Translations under genes and position numbers: made by a program
The notes under the pieces: generated by a model
Told to the model about the DNA's origin: nothing
Seen by the model: only the letters and a program-made list of their open reading frames with translations
Databases searched by the model: none
In this document: positions 53,366 to 63,326 of the stretch, piece after piece
Position numbering within the stretch: the first letter of the stretch is position 1
How the letters are laid out: each line of letters opens with the position of its first letter
Virus record (IMG/VR): IMGVR_UViG_3300020057_000001
Coordinates: 96,072-160,071 of that record
Source of the DNA: a virus
Direction: 5' to 3' (one strand)
Length of the DNA: 64,000 nt

Positions 53366-56300
53366 GTGGCAAGCTTTGAGTTTAAGGGTTTAAAAGACCT
53401 TTTAGCAGACATCCAGAAGATGAAAGCGGAGATATCCTCTGCCACGGGGGACGTAAAGAACCTTGCCGGTGCCTTTCAAGCGTTCAACCAAGGCTCCTCT
53501 CAACTATCTGTTAATAAACAGCTAGTTGAACTGCGCCAACAGATGACCGCTGTGCACGAGACAACCATCAAAAGTCAAATGCAGACGGGTGGTGTGTCGG
53601 GCTTCTCGCAAGGGCTCCAAACGCTCGTTAAATCGCGCAAAGCGGCACAAGAGGGAAACCTCTACACGGCTAACTTTGGTGGTACCCAACCAGCAGGACC
53701 GCCACCCCCTACTACAGAAGCTCCTGCTCAAGGGATGGGTCAAGCACCAAAAGGTCAAGCACGCCCTACTACAGAAGCTCCTGCTCAAAGGATGGGTCAA
53801 GCACGCCCTACTACAGAAGCTCCTGCTCAAGGGATGGGTCAAGCACCAAAAGGTCAAGCACGCCCTACTACAGAAGCTCCTGCTCAAAGGATGGGTCAAG
53901 CACGCCCTACTACAGAAGCTCCTGCTCAAGGGATGGGTCAAGCACGCCCTACTACAGAAGCTCCTGCTCAAAGGATGGGTCAAGCACCAAAAGGTCAAGC
54001 ACTCCCTTTCATGAGCGATTCCGCGCGTTCTTCCGCAGCTATACTAGGGTCTTTAGGTGGTACGCGAGGCGGAGGTCTAACGGACGTCATTCAAGCCCAA
54101 AAGTTTGCATCCGCTTTTGAGCAAAACAAAGAAGCCCGTTCAAAGATTATGACTAATCTTGCCGGACAGGACAGCCTAGTTGCCAAAGACCTTGTCAAAG
54201 CAATGCAGCAAAACGAAAAAACCGTTCAAACTCTGACCAAAGCCATGACGAAACTAGAGGCAGGTATTGTCAAAGCGGAAGCAGGCGGAGACGTCGCAAA
54301 AGCGGACGCTTTGCGCCGACGCTTAGGTGCCGTATCAGGTAAAGTACTTGACGAAGGCGAAAAAGCTGAAGACCTCATGCGATATGGCGGCGGCATGGGT
54401 GGTGGCGGTGGACCAGGAGGACGCCTTGGTAAAGCTCGTGAGTTCGTGGAAAACAACCGAAACGCGTTGCAAGCAGGGGGTATGCTCGTTGGTGCAGCCG
54501 CGCACGGATACATTACATATAGTGAAATAGGCGAACAGATAGAGCGCCGCAATATCAACTCCCCTTACGCCGCAATGCAAGCCCGTGCGCAATCGGAAAT
54601 GGCTGGCGTCAACAGAGAAATGCTGCTCGGCGACCCTACTAACGGACGGTCCTTGTTGCTCGGTGCGGGCGACGTTATGTTCCCTACTTCAGACGCTAGA
54701 ACGACTGGTCTCGGGCTTACGGGAAGAAAAACTAGCGAAACTAATGCAAGACAGACAGCAACTCAAGAACTCGCAGCATCTAAAGCAGAGCTGGCTACCG
54801 AGATTACAAAGATTGGGTTCGGGCTAGTCGCAGCAGTCGGAGCAGCGGCGGTGACCGTAGTCACCGGTGGTGGTGCCGCACTCATAGCAGGCGGGATTGC
54901 AGCGGGGGGATTGAGCGCGGCAGCTCAAGGGCTCAGCGGTCTAAGTAATAACACATACGGTCAATCGCAAGGTGGCTTTGTTGGGTTGCTCTCAAAGCTC
55001 CCTGGCTTGGACTTTTTAAAAGAAAGTAAGAGCGTTGGCTTAGAGAAGAATGTATTCCAAGCGCAACAAGAAGCACAGGTTCAATCGCGCATAGACCAAA
55101 TGCGCAATGACTCGTTAGAGACCCGAGAAGCTCAACGCTTCATGTCAGGATTTAGTCAAGTCCGTGCTGCCGCCGATGTAAAGCGAATGGCGATCGGTCA
55201 CCTCGGTGCCTACGCTCGTTCCGGTCTCGAAGGGATGGACGTCCCTTCCGCCGCAGGCGATCTTATTTCTGCAGGTTTAGACGCAGAGTATGTAAATAAC
55301 AACGTCAAAGTTAAGGGGCGCCAAGCCGCACTTGATAGCCTAAACGTCACGGCGTCCGAGTTTGGTGGAGCCCAGAACACGCTGTCAGGCTCTATGCTAA
55401 ACAACAGAGCAGCTACAGGGCAAGAAACTTCGCAGTTCTTACGACTATCCCGCGCCGGTCTCGGCTCCATGGAACAACTTTCAGGAAACCTTCTAGGCTT
55501 GGGACAAGTTGCAAACACTGGCAACGCCGACAAGCAACTCCGAGAGGTGTTAACCGACGCAGTATCCCTTGGGTTTACTAAGTCGCCCATGTCGCAGAAA
55601 TTTGTTCAAAGTGTTGTAGACCTATCGGGAAGCTTGCGCACCTCGTCGACAGAAACCATTTCCACGGCGATGCGCAACGCAGCCTCACTCTTAGGCGTAG
55701 GTGGGCAAGCAGATATTCGCTCCTTACAAGGAGCAAAAGAGGGATTGGGTGCCTACGCTGCGGTCACAAATCAAACCACTGGTATGGGTGGTGTACTCAG
55801 AGCAGACGCGCTCATGCGGAGCGGAATAACGCTCGCTAAAGGCGGTGGTATCTTAAACGGTATGAATGATTTACAAATTCAAGCCGCAATTAAGCAAATC
55901 GAAAACAAAAAAATTACGGACACCGAGACTGAGACCCTATCTCGGTCTATGGGTCTAAACCTCGACGACAAAAATAACATTACTGGCGACACGAAAGACG
56001 TCCTCGGTAAACTGAAGGGTTTTTCGTCGACCGTAAAGGCACCGACAGAAGCGGTGATCAAAGCGATGTTCAAGACCGAGGGTATGGACTACGACGCGTT
56101 GAAATCTAAAGTATTATCCAAAAATAAAAAAGAAGGGCGAGACGCTTACGCTAACTTAGTCTCCCTCATTCAGGGTACGATTCCGGGTTTAGACACGGCG
56201 GATAAGGCAGGTACTTACGCAGCTCAAGTAACTGGTTATCAGGACACAAGTAAGAGAGGGTCACTTGCTGAACAAATCAGACAAGGTGACGCAGCTCAAC

Positions 56301-56665
56301 GCGGTGACGTTTTTTACTCGGCACGTACAAAATTTATCAACCAGCTCACGTCGGAAGCCAACAACGCTACTACGGGGGACTTGAGGAAAGACCAAGTCGA
56401 GCAATATTTTGCCTCTGGACCCGATGCCCGCCTGAGGTTCTCGGACAAAGAAGGTAAGACCCGTATTGCAACAAGCCCAACTGACTATGAAAATCAGAAA
56501 AAGCAGTTTGGTGGCGCGGCGCAGCTTCAAGACGTCTTGGCGCAAAAGCAAGCGGAGAGTGCTCAAGCTGAAGGTAAGTACGTTTTTGCCACTCTTGACA
56601 ATATTGGCCCAAACGCCAAAGCTGTGCTACAGTCAGTATTTAGCGGCGTTCCTGATAAACGGTAA
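53366..56665 (+). CDS. Tape measure protein
   Basis: 1099 aa, Ala/Gly/Gln-rich and helical, with a central hydrophobic segment; lies between chaperones and baseplate hub. Confidence 0.8.
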   Translation: MASFEFKGLKDLLADIQKMKAEISSATGDVKNLAGAFQAFNQGSSQLSVNKQLVELRQQMTAVHETTIKSQMQTGGVSGFSQGLQTLVKSRKAAQEGNLYTANFGGTQPAGPPPPTTEAPAQGMGQAPKGQARPTTEAPAQRMGQARPTTEAPAQGMGQAPKGQARPTTEAPAQRMGQARPTTEAPAQGMGQARPTTEAPAQRMGQAPKGQALPFMSDSARSSAAILGSLGGTRGGGLTDVIQAQKFASAFEQNKEARSKIMTNLAGQDSLVAKDLVKAMQQNEKTVQTLTKAMTKLEAGIVKAEAGGDVAKADALRRRLGAVSGKVLDEGEKAEDLMRYGGGMGGGGGPGGRLGKAREFVENNRNALQAGGMLVGAAAHGYITYSEIGEQIERRNINSPYAAMQARAQSEMAGVNREMLLGDPTNGRSLLLGAGDVMFPTSDARTTGLGLTGRKTSETNARQTATQELAASKAELATEITKIGFGLVAAVGAAAVTVVTGGGAALIAGGIAAGGLSAAAQGLSGLSNNTYGQSQGGFVGLLSKLPGLDFLKESKSVGLEKNVFQAQQEAQVQSRIDQMRNDSLETREAQRFMSGFSQVRAAADVKRMAIGHLGAYARSGLEGMDVPSAAGDLISAGLDAEYVNNNVKVKGRQAALDSLNVTASEFGGAQNTLSGSMLNNRAATGQETSQFLRLSRAGLGSMEQLSGNLLGLGQVANTGNADKQLREVLTDAVSLGFTKSPMSQKFVQSVVDLSGSLRTSSTETISTAMRNAASLLGVGGQADIRSLQGAKEGLGAYAAVTNQTTGMGGVLRADALMRSGITLAKGGGILNGMNDLQIQAAIKQIENKKITDTETETLSRSMGLNLDDKNNITGDTKDVLGKLKGFSSTVKAPTEAVIKAMFKTEGMDYDALKSKVLSKNKKEGRDAYANLVSLIQGTIPGLDTADKAGTYAAQVTGYQDTSKRGSLAEQIRQGDAAQRGDVFYSARTKFINQLTSEANNATTGDLRKDQVEQYFASGPDARLRFSDKEGKTRIATSPTDYENQKKQFGGAAQLQDVLAQKQAESAQAEGKYVFATLDNIGPNAKAVLQSVFSGVPDKR
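53708..54001 (+). repeat. In-frame VNTR in TMP (six 42/57-bp units)
   Basis: CCTACTACAGAAGCTCCTGCTCAA(G/A)GGATGGGTCAAGCA(CCAAAAGGTCAAGCA)CGC. Confidence 0.9.
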
Positions 56666-56676
56666 AAGGATCTTTT

Positions 56677-58674
56677 ATGGTGAGTACAACACAAGCTTCG
56701 ATGCGCTGGCGTTTAGTGGCCTACCAAAACCAAAATCCCTATCCTTCTCGCGACGACAATGATAGCTCAGTTTTTCCTATTATCGTCGAGCAAGGGGTAG
56801 TTTCGATCTCTATCACGCGCGCTAAAAATAACCCAGAAGGTATTGCAAACGTCACTCTTGTAGGGCCTTTAAATGCCGCTATATTTCACGGCAATTGGGT
56901 AATTATTCGGTCTAAAGTCGGAGAGTTTACGAAAGACCCGCGCAACGGCGGAACCAGTGGTTTAGCACCGTCGGCAAGTTCAATTAAAAAGGCTTCGACA
57001 AACGGTGGTGTTACACCCAACCCACTCTACGTCGAGGGGTTACCTCGGTTTATCGGACAGATTGACTCAGTTCAATCGACGTATCAAGTTGACCCAGCTA
57101 CGGGTCTTGTATCTAGATCACACGCCGTGCGCATTCGCGAGTGGTCGCATGTGTTTCGCCAGACGATTAAATTTGACTTGTTTGACCTCTCCCAACAAGT
57201 TGCCACGACGCCCTTTGCGTCTATTCAATCCGCATCATCCGTGCTTCAAAGCGGGTCTATCAGCCCTGACCCGACGGCATCTCTGCAAGCAATCGCAAAA
57301 TCCGTTACAAACCCTTTTGAGTATGTAGCGATCGCCTTGGCAATGGTGTCGGGTATCAGTAAAAACGCGGCAGAACGTGTTACCTCTGCCAACTCAGAAA
57401 TTCAAAAGGCTTTAAACGCGGCTACGTTTTATTCAAACATTGCAACAAAAATGCCATCTATTCCTAAGGCACTTCTGACAGATATGGGCTTAGGGACAAA
57501 AGCCGATCCCGATCGCCCATTTGCTGCTGACGAAAGCTTTGCCTTAATACTGCTGGGTAATCAAAGACCAGGAATAGGTTCGAGCACCGCTGGATCACTT
57601 CTCTCTAACCCTGTTGCCCTACCAGTAGAACCGAGGACTAAAGAATCACAGGTAGGGCCGCAAGGTACTTTTGATGGTGTCTTCACTTCCGAAGACGAGA
57701 TCGTCAACAGTTTTAAAATTCCCCAAGACCGGCCAGTCATGTACGGCTCCCTTGCTGATTTCTCTCAAGAATTCGACCTGTGGGATCTGATAAGCGCAAG
57801 AATAGACGCAGATGTGAATGAAATCTTTACCGACATCTGGTACCATCAAGACGAAGATGTAGTCATTGGACGCCCTGTACTTGTTATGCGAGACAAGCCG
57901 TTTCTTTTAGACCAAATCAGAGAGAACATAGGCGACTTGTCAAAACAATGGTCGTCTTACGACGACCTTCCAAAAGTCTACATTCCTTCGGACCTCATAC
58001 AAGGTATCACAACAAATAGTACGTTCATCGGCGCACCGAACTACACACGCGTAAACGTCAAAGACCCCCTTCTAAGAACCGACTCCTCGGTAATCGCACA
58101 GGCTCAAGTAGCGGGACGCGCAACCAACTTTGCAGCTCAGTCACGCTACGGTGGTATTTTTTTCTCAGTAGACAGTGCTTACTTTGCACAGGTCGGGTCA
58201 AAGTTACCAGAGAGCTACGAGTTTAATGGTGTGGAGTGGTACACAGACCTTAGCAAGCTAATGCAAGGGTGGTACGGTACACGTATCTATTTTCCAAGTG
58301 GGCAGATCATGCTCAAAGACAACAACATCCCTATCATGGTGGGGTGCAATATCGTTTTTAGCGTCGGCAAGGACGTCACCTACGTAGCACACGTGGACAG
58401 TGTATCGTTCTCACACCAAATTAGTCCTCGAGGTGATAGGTCGTCCGCCACAACGATAAGCTTTTCGTACCTAGCAGGTTACGAAGATGGGAAAGCTTTT
58501 GTTCTGGGCGCAGAGACAGTCCAGGATTTATTCGTCAGCTCGAAAGCGGAAGTACCTAGCCTCTATTCAAGCTCGCTCGGAAAACTCGGAAACTTAATAG
58601 GTGGTGAGACCATCCGCACAGCGCAGAAAGCCGTTGCGGCACTAAGAAAACTCGAAAAAGCGTTGTTAGGATAA
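56677..58674 (+). CDS. Baseplate hub-like protein
   Basis: Position after TMP; VVSISITR, FIGQIDSV, NEIFTD, LVMRDKPF, AHVDSVSFS. Confidence 0.6.
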   Translation: MVSTTQASMRWRLVAYQNQNPYPSRDDNDSSVFPIIVEQGVVSISITRAKNNPEGIANVTLVGPLNAAIFHGNWVIIRSKVGEFTKDPRNGGTSGLAPSASSIKKASTNGGVTPNPLYVEGLPRFIGQIDSVQSTYQVDPATGLVSRSHAVRIREWSHVFRQTIKFDLFDLSQQVATTPFASIQSASSVLQSGSISPDPTASLQAIAKSVTNPFEYVAIALAMVSGISKNAAERVTSANSEIQKALNAATFYSNIATKMPSIPKALLTDMGLGTKADPDRPFAADESFALILLGNQRPGIGSSTAGSLLSNPVALPVEPRTKESQVGPQGTFDGVFTSEDEIVNSFKIPQDRPVMYGSLADFSQEFDLWDLISARIDADVNEIFTDIWYHQDEDVVIGRPVLVMRDKPFLLDQIRENIGDLSKQWSSYDDLPKVYIPSDLIQGITTNSTFIGAPNYTRVNVKDPLLRTDSSVIAQAQVAGRATNFAAQSRYGGIFFSVDSAYFAQVGSKLPESYEFNGVEWYTDLSKLMQGWYGTRIYFPSGQIMLKDNNIPIMVGCNIVFSVGKDVTYVAHVDSVSFSHQISPRGDRSSATTISFSYLAGYEDGKAFVLGAETVQDLFVSSKAEVPSLYSSSLGKLGNLIGGETIRTAQKAVAALRKLEKALLG

Positions 58675-58678
58675 CTCT

Positions 58679-59740
58679 ATGCGTTTCCAATCCAGCCCGA
58701 CCACTTTACCCATGATTACAGTCCCTGTAGATGGGGAGATCATAGAAGCTTATCCACCCTCGGACGTGTTTCAGTATTACACCTACGACGTTCTGATTCA
58801 AATACCCCAAGGTACAAAGACAATAGTCTCTAACGCAGTCACGTCGACTATGTTCGGCGGACCTTTTGACTATTTGCAAATGCGCCGCAGGTCGTCGTCG
58901 GACTCTGCTCCTAGCGCGCCCGGGTTACCAACGGAAGATTTAACAGTCGGTGATCGTGTTATCGTCATGTTCATCCAAGGAGACATGAGAAAGCCGTTAA
59001 TCATTGGTGGGATGCCACACCCTAGAATGGCTACTGACCTCCCTACTGAGACAGACGCTCCTCAAGCACGCCTCTCGTATCTCGGAATGACCTTTGACGT
59101 AGACCCTGACGGCGCGTTCGCAATCACACACAGAGGCAACCCCTCTAACGCAGACTTAGCGTTGGCTGTTCCGCCCGTGAATATTCCGACAAAGCTATCA
59201 TTCTTACAGATGCTAGATGATGGGTCCATTGCTCTTGGAGACGCGTTTAAACAAAAAATCACCATGACAGCGAGCAAGGACATTACGTTTGGAAACCCTT
59301 TGTCTACTATTAAGATAGGGCTTACCACACCGGATATCACGCTTGATGCATCAACGAAGATCAATGCGACGGCAAAACTCGCTGTAAGTTTAGCGTCGGG
59401 CTCAAACACATTAAAACTCGACACCGTAGGGCGGTCGATTGAAATGTCTTCTACCGGTACGTTTGCCGTATCTGCTATTCAAAGTGCAAAAGTTTCGGCG
59501 CCGCTCGGTATTTCCCTCGAAGCCGGTATAGCGAAATTGGTAATGAAAAACGGACAGGTAGCGCTAGGTACACCGGCAGGTGAGATTTTTGCCATGTTCG
59601 GGGAACTACTACAAGAAATCATCACGGCGGCTCCTACTTTTTGTGCCACAGCGGTAGGCCCAGGCGTACTGGCTCCAGGGCTGTTAGCGAAAGCTCTAGA
59701 ATTGAACATTAAAATTGCGCTGATCAAAGGAAGCCTGTAA
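58679..59740 (+). CDS. Baseplate spike (gpV/gp5 OB-fold + beta-helix)
   Basis: VGDRVIVMFIQGD...PLIIGG.PHP, then short beta repeats. Confidence 0.75.
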   Translation: MRFQSSPTTLPMITVPVDGEIIEAYPPSDVFQYYTYDVLIQIPQGTKTIVSNAVTSTMFGGPFDYLQMRRRSSSDSAPSAPGLPTEDLTVGDRVIVMFIQGDMRKPLIIGGMPHPRMATDLPTETDAPQARLSYLGMTFDVDPDGAFAITHRGNPSNADLALAVPPVNIPTKLSFLQMLDDGSIALGDAFKQKITMTASKDITFGNPLSTIKIGLTTPDITLDASTKINATAKLAVSLASGSNTLKLDTVGRSIEMSSTGTFAVSAIQSAKVSAPLGISLEAGIAKLVMKNGQVALGTPAGEIFAMFGELLQEIITAAPTFCATAVGPGVLAPGLLAKALELNIKIALIKGSL

Positions 59741-60306
59741 TGCCTTTTGACCCGCTTTCAAAATGGAAGAGTAGCTTCAAGACCATGGTGGTACCGACCA
59801 TGGGCGTCGATGGCCCTATAAAAATGGGCATGTGGCTTAACTCACACATTAGCAACAAGCCGATGTTAGACGCCGCCACAGTCTCGTCCCCGTCGTTCTC
59901 ATGCGTGTGGCAACCGGCTATATTTATCGCACAGATGTTAGCAATTCCCCCGTCACTTAGCCCTATCCCGTTTGCCCTTAAACTTGGGCAGGCTTGGGCG
60001 TCCGCCACTCAAGCGAGCGTACTCATGGTGCCGGCTGGCGCTTTTGTTGGGGCTCCTACACCGCCGACACTCTTCTCAGCACCACCCGTGGCTCTCTTTA
60101 ACCCCGCAACTATCGCATCGGGTACCGCATTGATCATTGCTAAAGTGTCGACAGCACCTCCCGCAACTGAATCCGATAAGTCGGCTATTATAGAAGCACT
60201 TTACCAAGCGACAACTCAGCTTGGGGTTATGCTTACTGGGCTTAATTCAATTCCTCCGCCCGCAGGGCCACTCCCTTTAATCGTCCCACTTTGCCCTTTA
60301 AAATAA
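59740..60306 (+). CDS. Pro-rich baseplate-associated protein (possible spike tip)
   Basis: Directly after the spike gene; Pro/Ala-rich. Confidence 0.45.
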   Translation: MPFDPLSKWKSSFKTMVVPTMGVDGPIKMGMWLNSHISNKPMLDAATVSSPSFSCVWQPAIFIAQMLAIPPSLSPIPFALKLGQAWASATQASVLMVPAGAFVGAPTPPTLFSAPPVALFNPATIASGTALIIAKVSTAPPATESDKSAIIEALYQATTQLGVMLTGLNSIPPPAGPLPLIVPLCPLK

Positions 60307-60321
60307 CGTAGAGGTGTATAA

Positions 60322-61401
60322 ATGGCGGTTTTCGACGTATCAAAGCTCGTACAAGCAGGAATGGACGCTTTTAAAAACAAAGGGCGTGGCGAAGAGGGCG
60401 TTATCGACATGTCGTATGCCGAGATCTTCGACGACTTACGATCCGACCTGTTCGATTCGAAGACGCAAAAAGCGTTTTACACAGTCAAAGCCAAGAACTG
60501 GCACCAAACCTACCCCTACAGGTTCGTGATTCGACTCGGCGGCGCTCAGTTTATTTACGCGCTACCTATTCCCCCAAGTTCTTATAATGTCTCGACTATC
60601 ATTCCCTCCAGAGCTACCGCAACTTTGGGCGGCGTGGTCGAAGAATCCAGCGAAGTCGTATTCTTCAACATCTCCATGCAGGGTACCTTTGGGCAAGCTA
60701 TTTCTAAACAGCGAGGTGAGACCCCTGCGGGTCGCTCTGACGAGTTTAGAAAAGTCTTTACAAGCGGCGGTCTCCTAGGTTCTGCTTTATCGACTTTGGC
60801 AAACACCGCAGGAAACCTCATTAAAGCCGCAACGTTGCAACTAAACCTGCTCGAACTTTTAGGGAATGCGCAACTTCCGTACTCCTCGTCGTTCGTGAAC
60901 GCGGATACCGCACCGTCAGAGGGCCTTATAGGCGACGTAATTAGCTCCGTGTCAAACATATTCAATCCCCCTGGAGCCAGTGATCCCACTAAGCTCACCA
61001 CCACCGGCGGTAACGGATTTACCGAAGTACACGCCTTTCAAAACTTTTTGCTCGCGTATCAAAAACTCGCTGCTAAAAGCCCAGGAGACTACAGCCTGCA
61101 CTTTCAAAATATAAAAGATAATTGCGAATGGCGATGTATTCTTGCTTCTCCCCCGACGTTTTCAAAAAACGCTCAGCGACCGTTTATCTACGACTACGCA
61201 CTCACTTTGTCCGCGTGGAATCTCCGACAGCTCGACGAGGTAGTTCCGCCCATTGACCGTTTCGGTCCAGGAGGCGACCTTTCCGACATAACATCCGCTT
61301 CTGCTACCGGCGCTTTTACCAAAATGGCTAACCTTGGTGCCACAGTATCCAAAGCACTGAAAAACCCCGCGTCTCTCCTGAAGATTAGGAGCATCGGCTA
61401 A
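60322..61401 (+). CDS. Baseplate / tube-initiator-like protein
   Basis: LPIPPSS, TLGGVVEE, ISMQGTFG, RPFIYDY.L.L pattern; context. Confidence 0.5.
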   Translation: MAVFDVSKLVQAGMDAFKNKGRGEEGVIDMSYAEIFDDLRSDLFDSKTQKAFYTVKAKNWHQTYPYRFVIRLGGAQFIYALPIPPSSYNVSTIIPSRATATLGGVVEESSEVVFFNISMQGTFGQAISKQRGETPAGRSDEFRKVFTSGGLLGSALSTLANTAGNLIKAATLQLNLLELLGNAQLPYSSSFVNADTAPSEGLIGDVISSVSNIFNPPGASDPTKLTTTGGNGFTEVHAFQNFLLAYQKLAAKSPGDYSLHFQNIKDNCEWRCILASPPTFSKNAQRPFIYDYALTLSAWNLRQLDEVVPPIDRFGPGGDLSDITSASATGAFTKMANLGATVSKALKNPASLLKIRSIG

Positions 61402-62948
61402 TGGCATTCTCAAACGTCTTTCAAATCATCAAAGACCTTACTCTATACCTTGGGCGTCAAGCGGGACTTCCGCCTACGTTTGACCTGCTGCCGCAAATAG
61501 CCCAAAACCGCTGGCCTTGGTTTTGTGCTCAGTGGCAACCTACTCTAAAGAGACAAATCTTCGCCGTCGCTGCGGGGGACGAGCAACTTACTGTGCTCGC
61601 AAACCGATTGCAGCGTGACGTGGCAACGTACAATCTGGGAGCTACTGCCTACAACCCTTTTGCTTCATCGACAAGGTTTGCTGAGTACCAACCCCTTCTA
61701 GCCTCTATTTCACTTACGGACATTCAACCAGACGTGAATGAACAGCTAACGGTAAACCTTGAGCTGCAACGTATCGGTAAGTTCACGCTGGATACGTTTC
61801 TGTTAATGCGTTCTGCTCTTAAAAAACAAAACACAATCGCCACACAAGAAATAGGGTTGGGGGACGCAGACGCAAATAGAGTGACAGGCTTACCCACGGT
61901 ATTGTCCCAAAGATCCGCACGCACGGACGACTACTATCAGCTCCAGTCGTTGTTTGAAATCGAAGAAACGCTCGACCAAATCATTTACGACTTTAAGCGC
62001 ACGTCCGTGCAAAAGAGCCCTAATTTACTAGCTGCGGCAAACGCAAATATTACGGGTGGGTCCGCCGTAAGAATTAGAGAATCTTGGCGAACCTTTGTGG
62101 GGGTGCCCTTTTACCAATCTTTAGAAGTGATGGCTCAGCGTTATATGGGTTCCACCAATTTGTGGTACGAACTGGTTACCGTAAACAACTTACAGGCACC
62201 TTATGTAGATGAATCGGGTATTAAATATCTTTTAAAAGCACCCGGCGCTGGCTTGAGCCTGCGTATTTCTTCAGATGCAATGACGCGAGTAAGGGTAGGT
62301 GCAAAGGTTCGTATTGGTTCTTTGACCAAACAAGCAGAAACACGGTTTATAGATAGAGTTGTCGAAAACTTAGATACCACTATTACTCTTTATCTTTCGG
62401 GCGAACCTACCCTCGCATCTTTCAAAACCACTGAACAAGCATATGTACGCGCGTTTGCGCCGGACACCGTAAACTCCGATTCGTTTATTAAGATTCCTCT
62501 AGACGTAGGGTCAGGCACTCAAAGCTTACCTGCACCGAAAGCCGATGTGTTAAAGCGGCTCGACAACGCATTAAGGGCGTTTGGGGTAGACGCGCTCAGG
62601 GCAGAAAACACAGGCGACCTTCTTATCGACAGCGGTGACTTTGCGCTCTCGTATGGAATTGCGAACGTGAGACAGAGTGTCCTTCAGGTACTAAGAACAA
62701 ACCCTGGCGAACTTCCGTTTCACCCAAGGTTTGGTTTACCGGTAGAACCGGGAGACACTTGGACAGCATCGGTAGATGAAGGGCTTATTATTGCAGAACT
62801 TATACAGAACTCTATTCGCGCTGACGGTAGGTATTCATTCGTTATTGTGAGAAGCATTGTGACTACCGGATCTTCTGTGTCCATAGACCTGTTAGTGGGT
62901 GTACCTGGAGCTGACACTGCTATTCCATTAAGTTTTGTTTCAAATTAA
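61401..62948 (+). CDS. Baseplate wedge protein: LysM-like domain fused to a C-terminal gp25/GPW domain
   Basis: SLEVMAQRYMG..LWYELVTVNNLQAPY; GIANVRQSV...LRTNPGELPFHPRFG. Confidence 0.7.
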   Translation: MAFSNVFQIIKDLTLYLGRQAGLPPTFDLLPQIAQNRWPWFCAQWQPTLKRQIFAVAAGDEQLTVLANRLQRDVATYNLGATAYNPFASSTRFAEYQPLLASISLTDIQPDVNEQLTVNLELQRIGKFTLDTFLLMRSALKKQNTIATQEIGLGDADANRVTGLPTVLSQRSARTDDYYQLQSLFEIEETLDQIIYDFKRTSVQKSPNLLAAANANITGGSAVRIRESWRTFVGVPFYQSLEVMAQRYMGSTNLWYELVTVNNLQAPYVDESGIKYLLKAPGAGLSLRISSDAMTRVRVGAKVRIGSLTKQAETRFIDRVVENLDTTITLYLSGEPTLASFKTTEQAYVRAFAPDTVNSDSFIKIPLDVGSGTQSLPAPKADVLKRLDNALRAFGVDALRAENTGDLLIDSGDFALSYGIANVRQSVLQVLRTNPGELPFHPRFGLPVEPGDTWTASVDEGLIIAELIQNSIRADGRYSFVIVRSIVTTGSSVSIDLLVGVPGADTAIPLSFVSN

Positions 62949-63319
62949 ATAAGTTGTCTTACAACTTTAGGGTCAGAGTGCGGTATTAAAAACTGTACTA
63001 TTTCGAAGTGACCATTCTCAGCAGCCCAGCGCAAAGCCTCAGAATAGTGAGCTTTAGGGTCGGAATGCGGTAGCAAAAACTTAACTATTTCTAAGTGACC
63101 ATTACCGGCAGCTACGCGAAAAGCCTGAGAACCATAAGCTTTAGGGTTAGCGTGCGGTAGTAAAAACTGCATTACTTCTAAATGACCGTTCAAAGCAGCC
63201 AAGCGCAAAGCCTCAGAATCTGAGCCTTTAGGGTCAACGAGCCTTGTTTCCACCAATCGCTTTACTGTCTCTAAATCGCCACTTTCGACTGCGTCCCAAA
63301 ATTCATCTTGATAATTCAT
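62945..63319 (-). CDS. Short (29-aa unit) ankyrin-repeat protein
   Basis: ALRxAAxNGHLExxxFLLPHSDPKA x3; ends LIPHSDPKVVRQLI; ATG 63319 with GAGGTG RBS. Confidence 0.85.
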   Translation of the reverse strand: MNYQDEFWDAVESGDLETVKRLVETRLVDPKGSDSEALRLAALNGHLEVMQFLLPHANPKAYGSQAFRVAAGNGHLEIVKFLLPHSDPKAHYSEALRWAAENGHFEIVQFLIPHSDPKVVRQLI

Positions 63320-63326
63320 ACGCACC

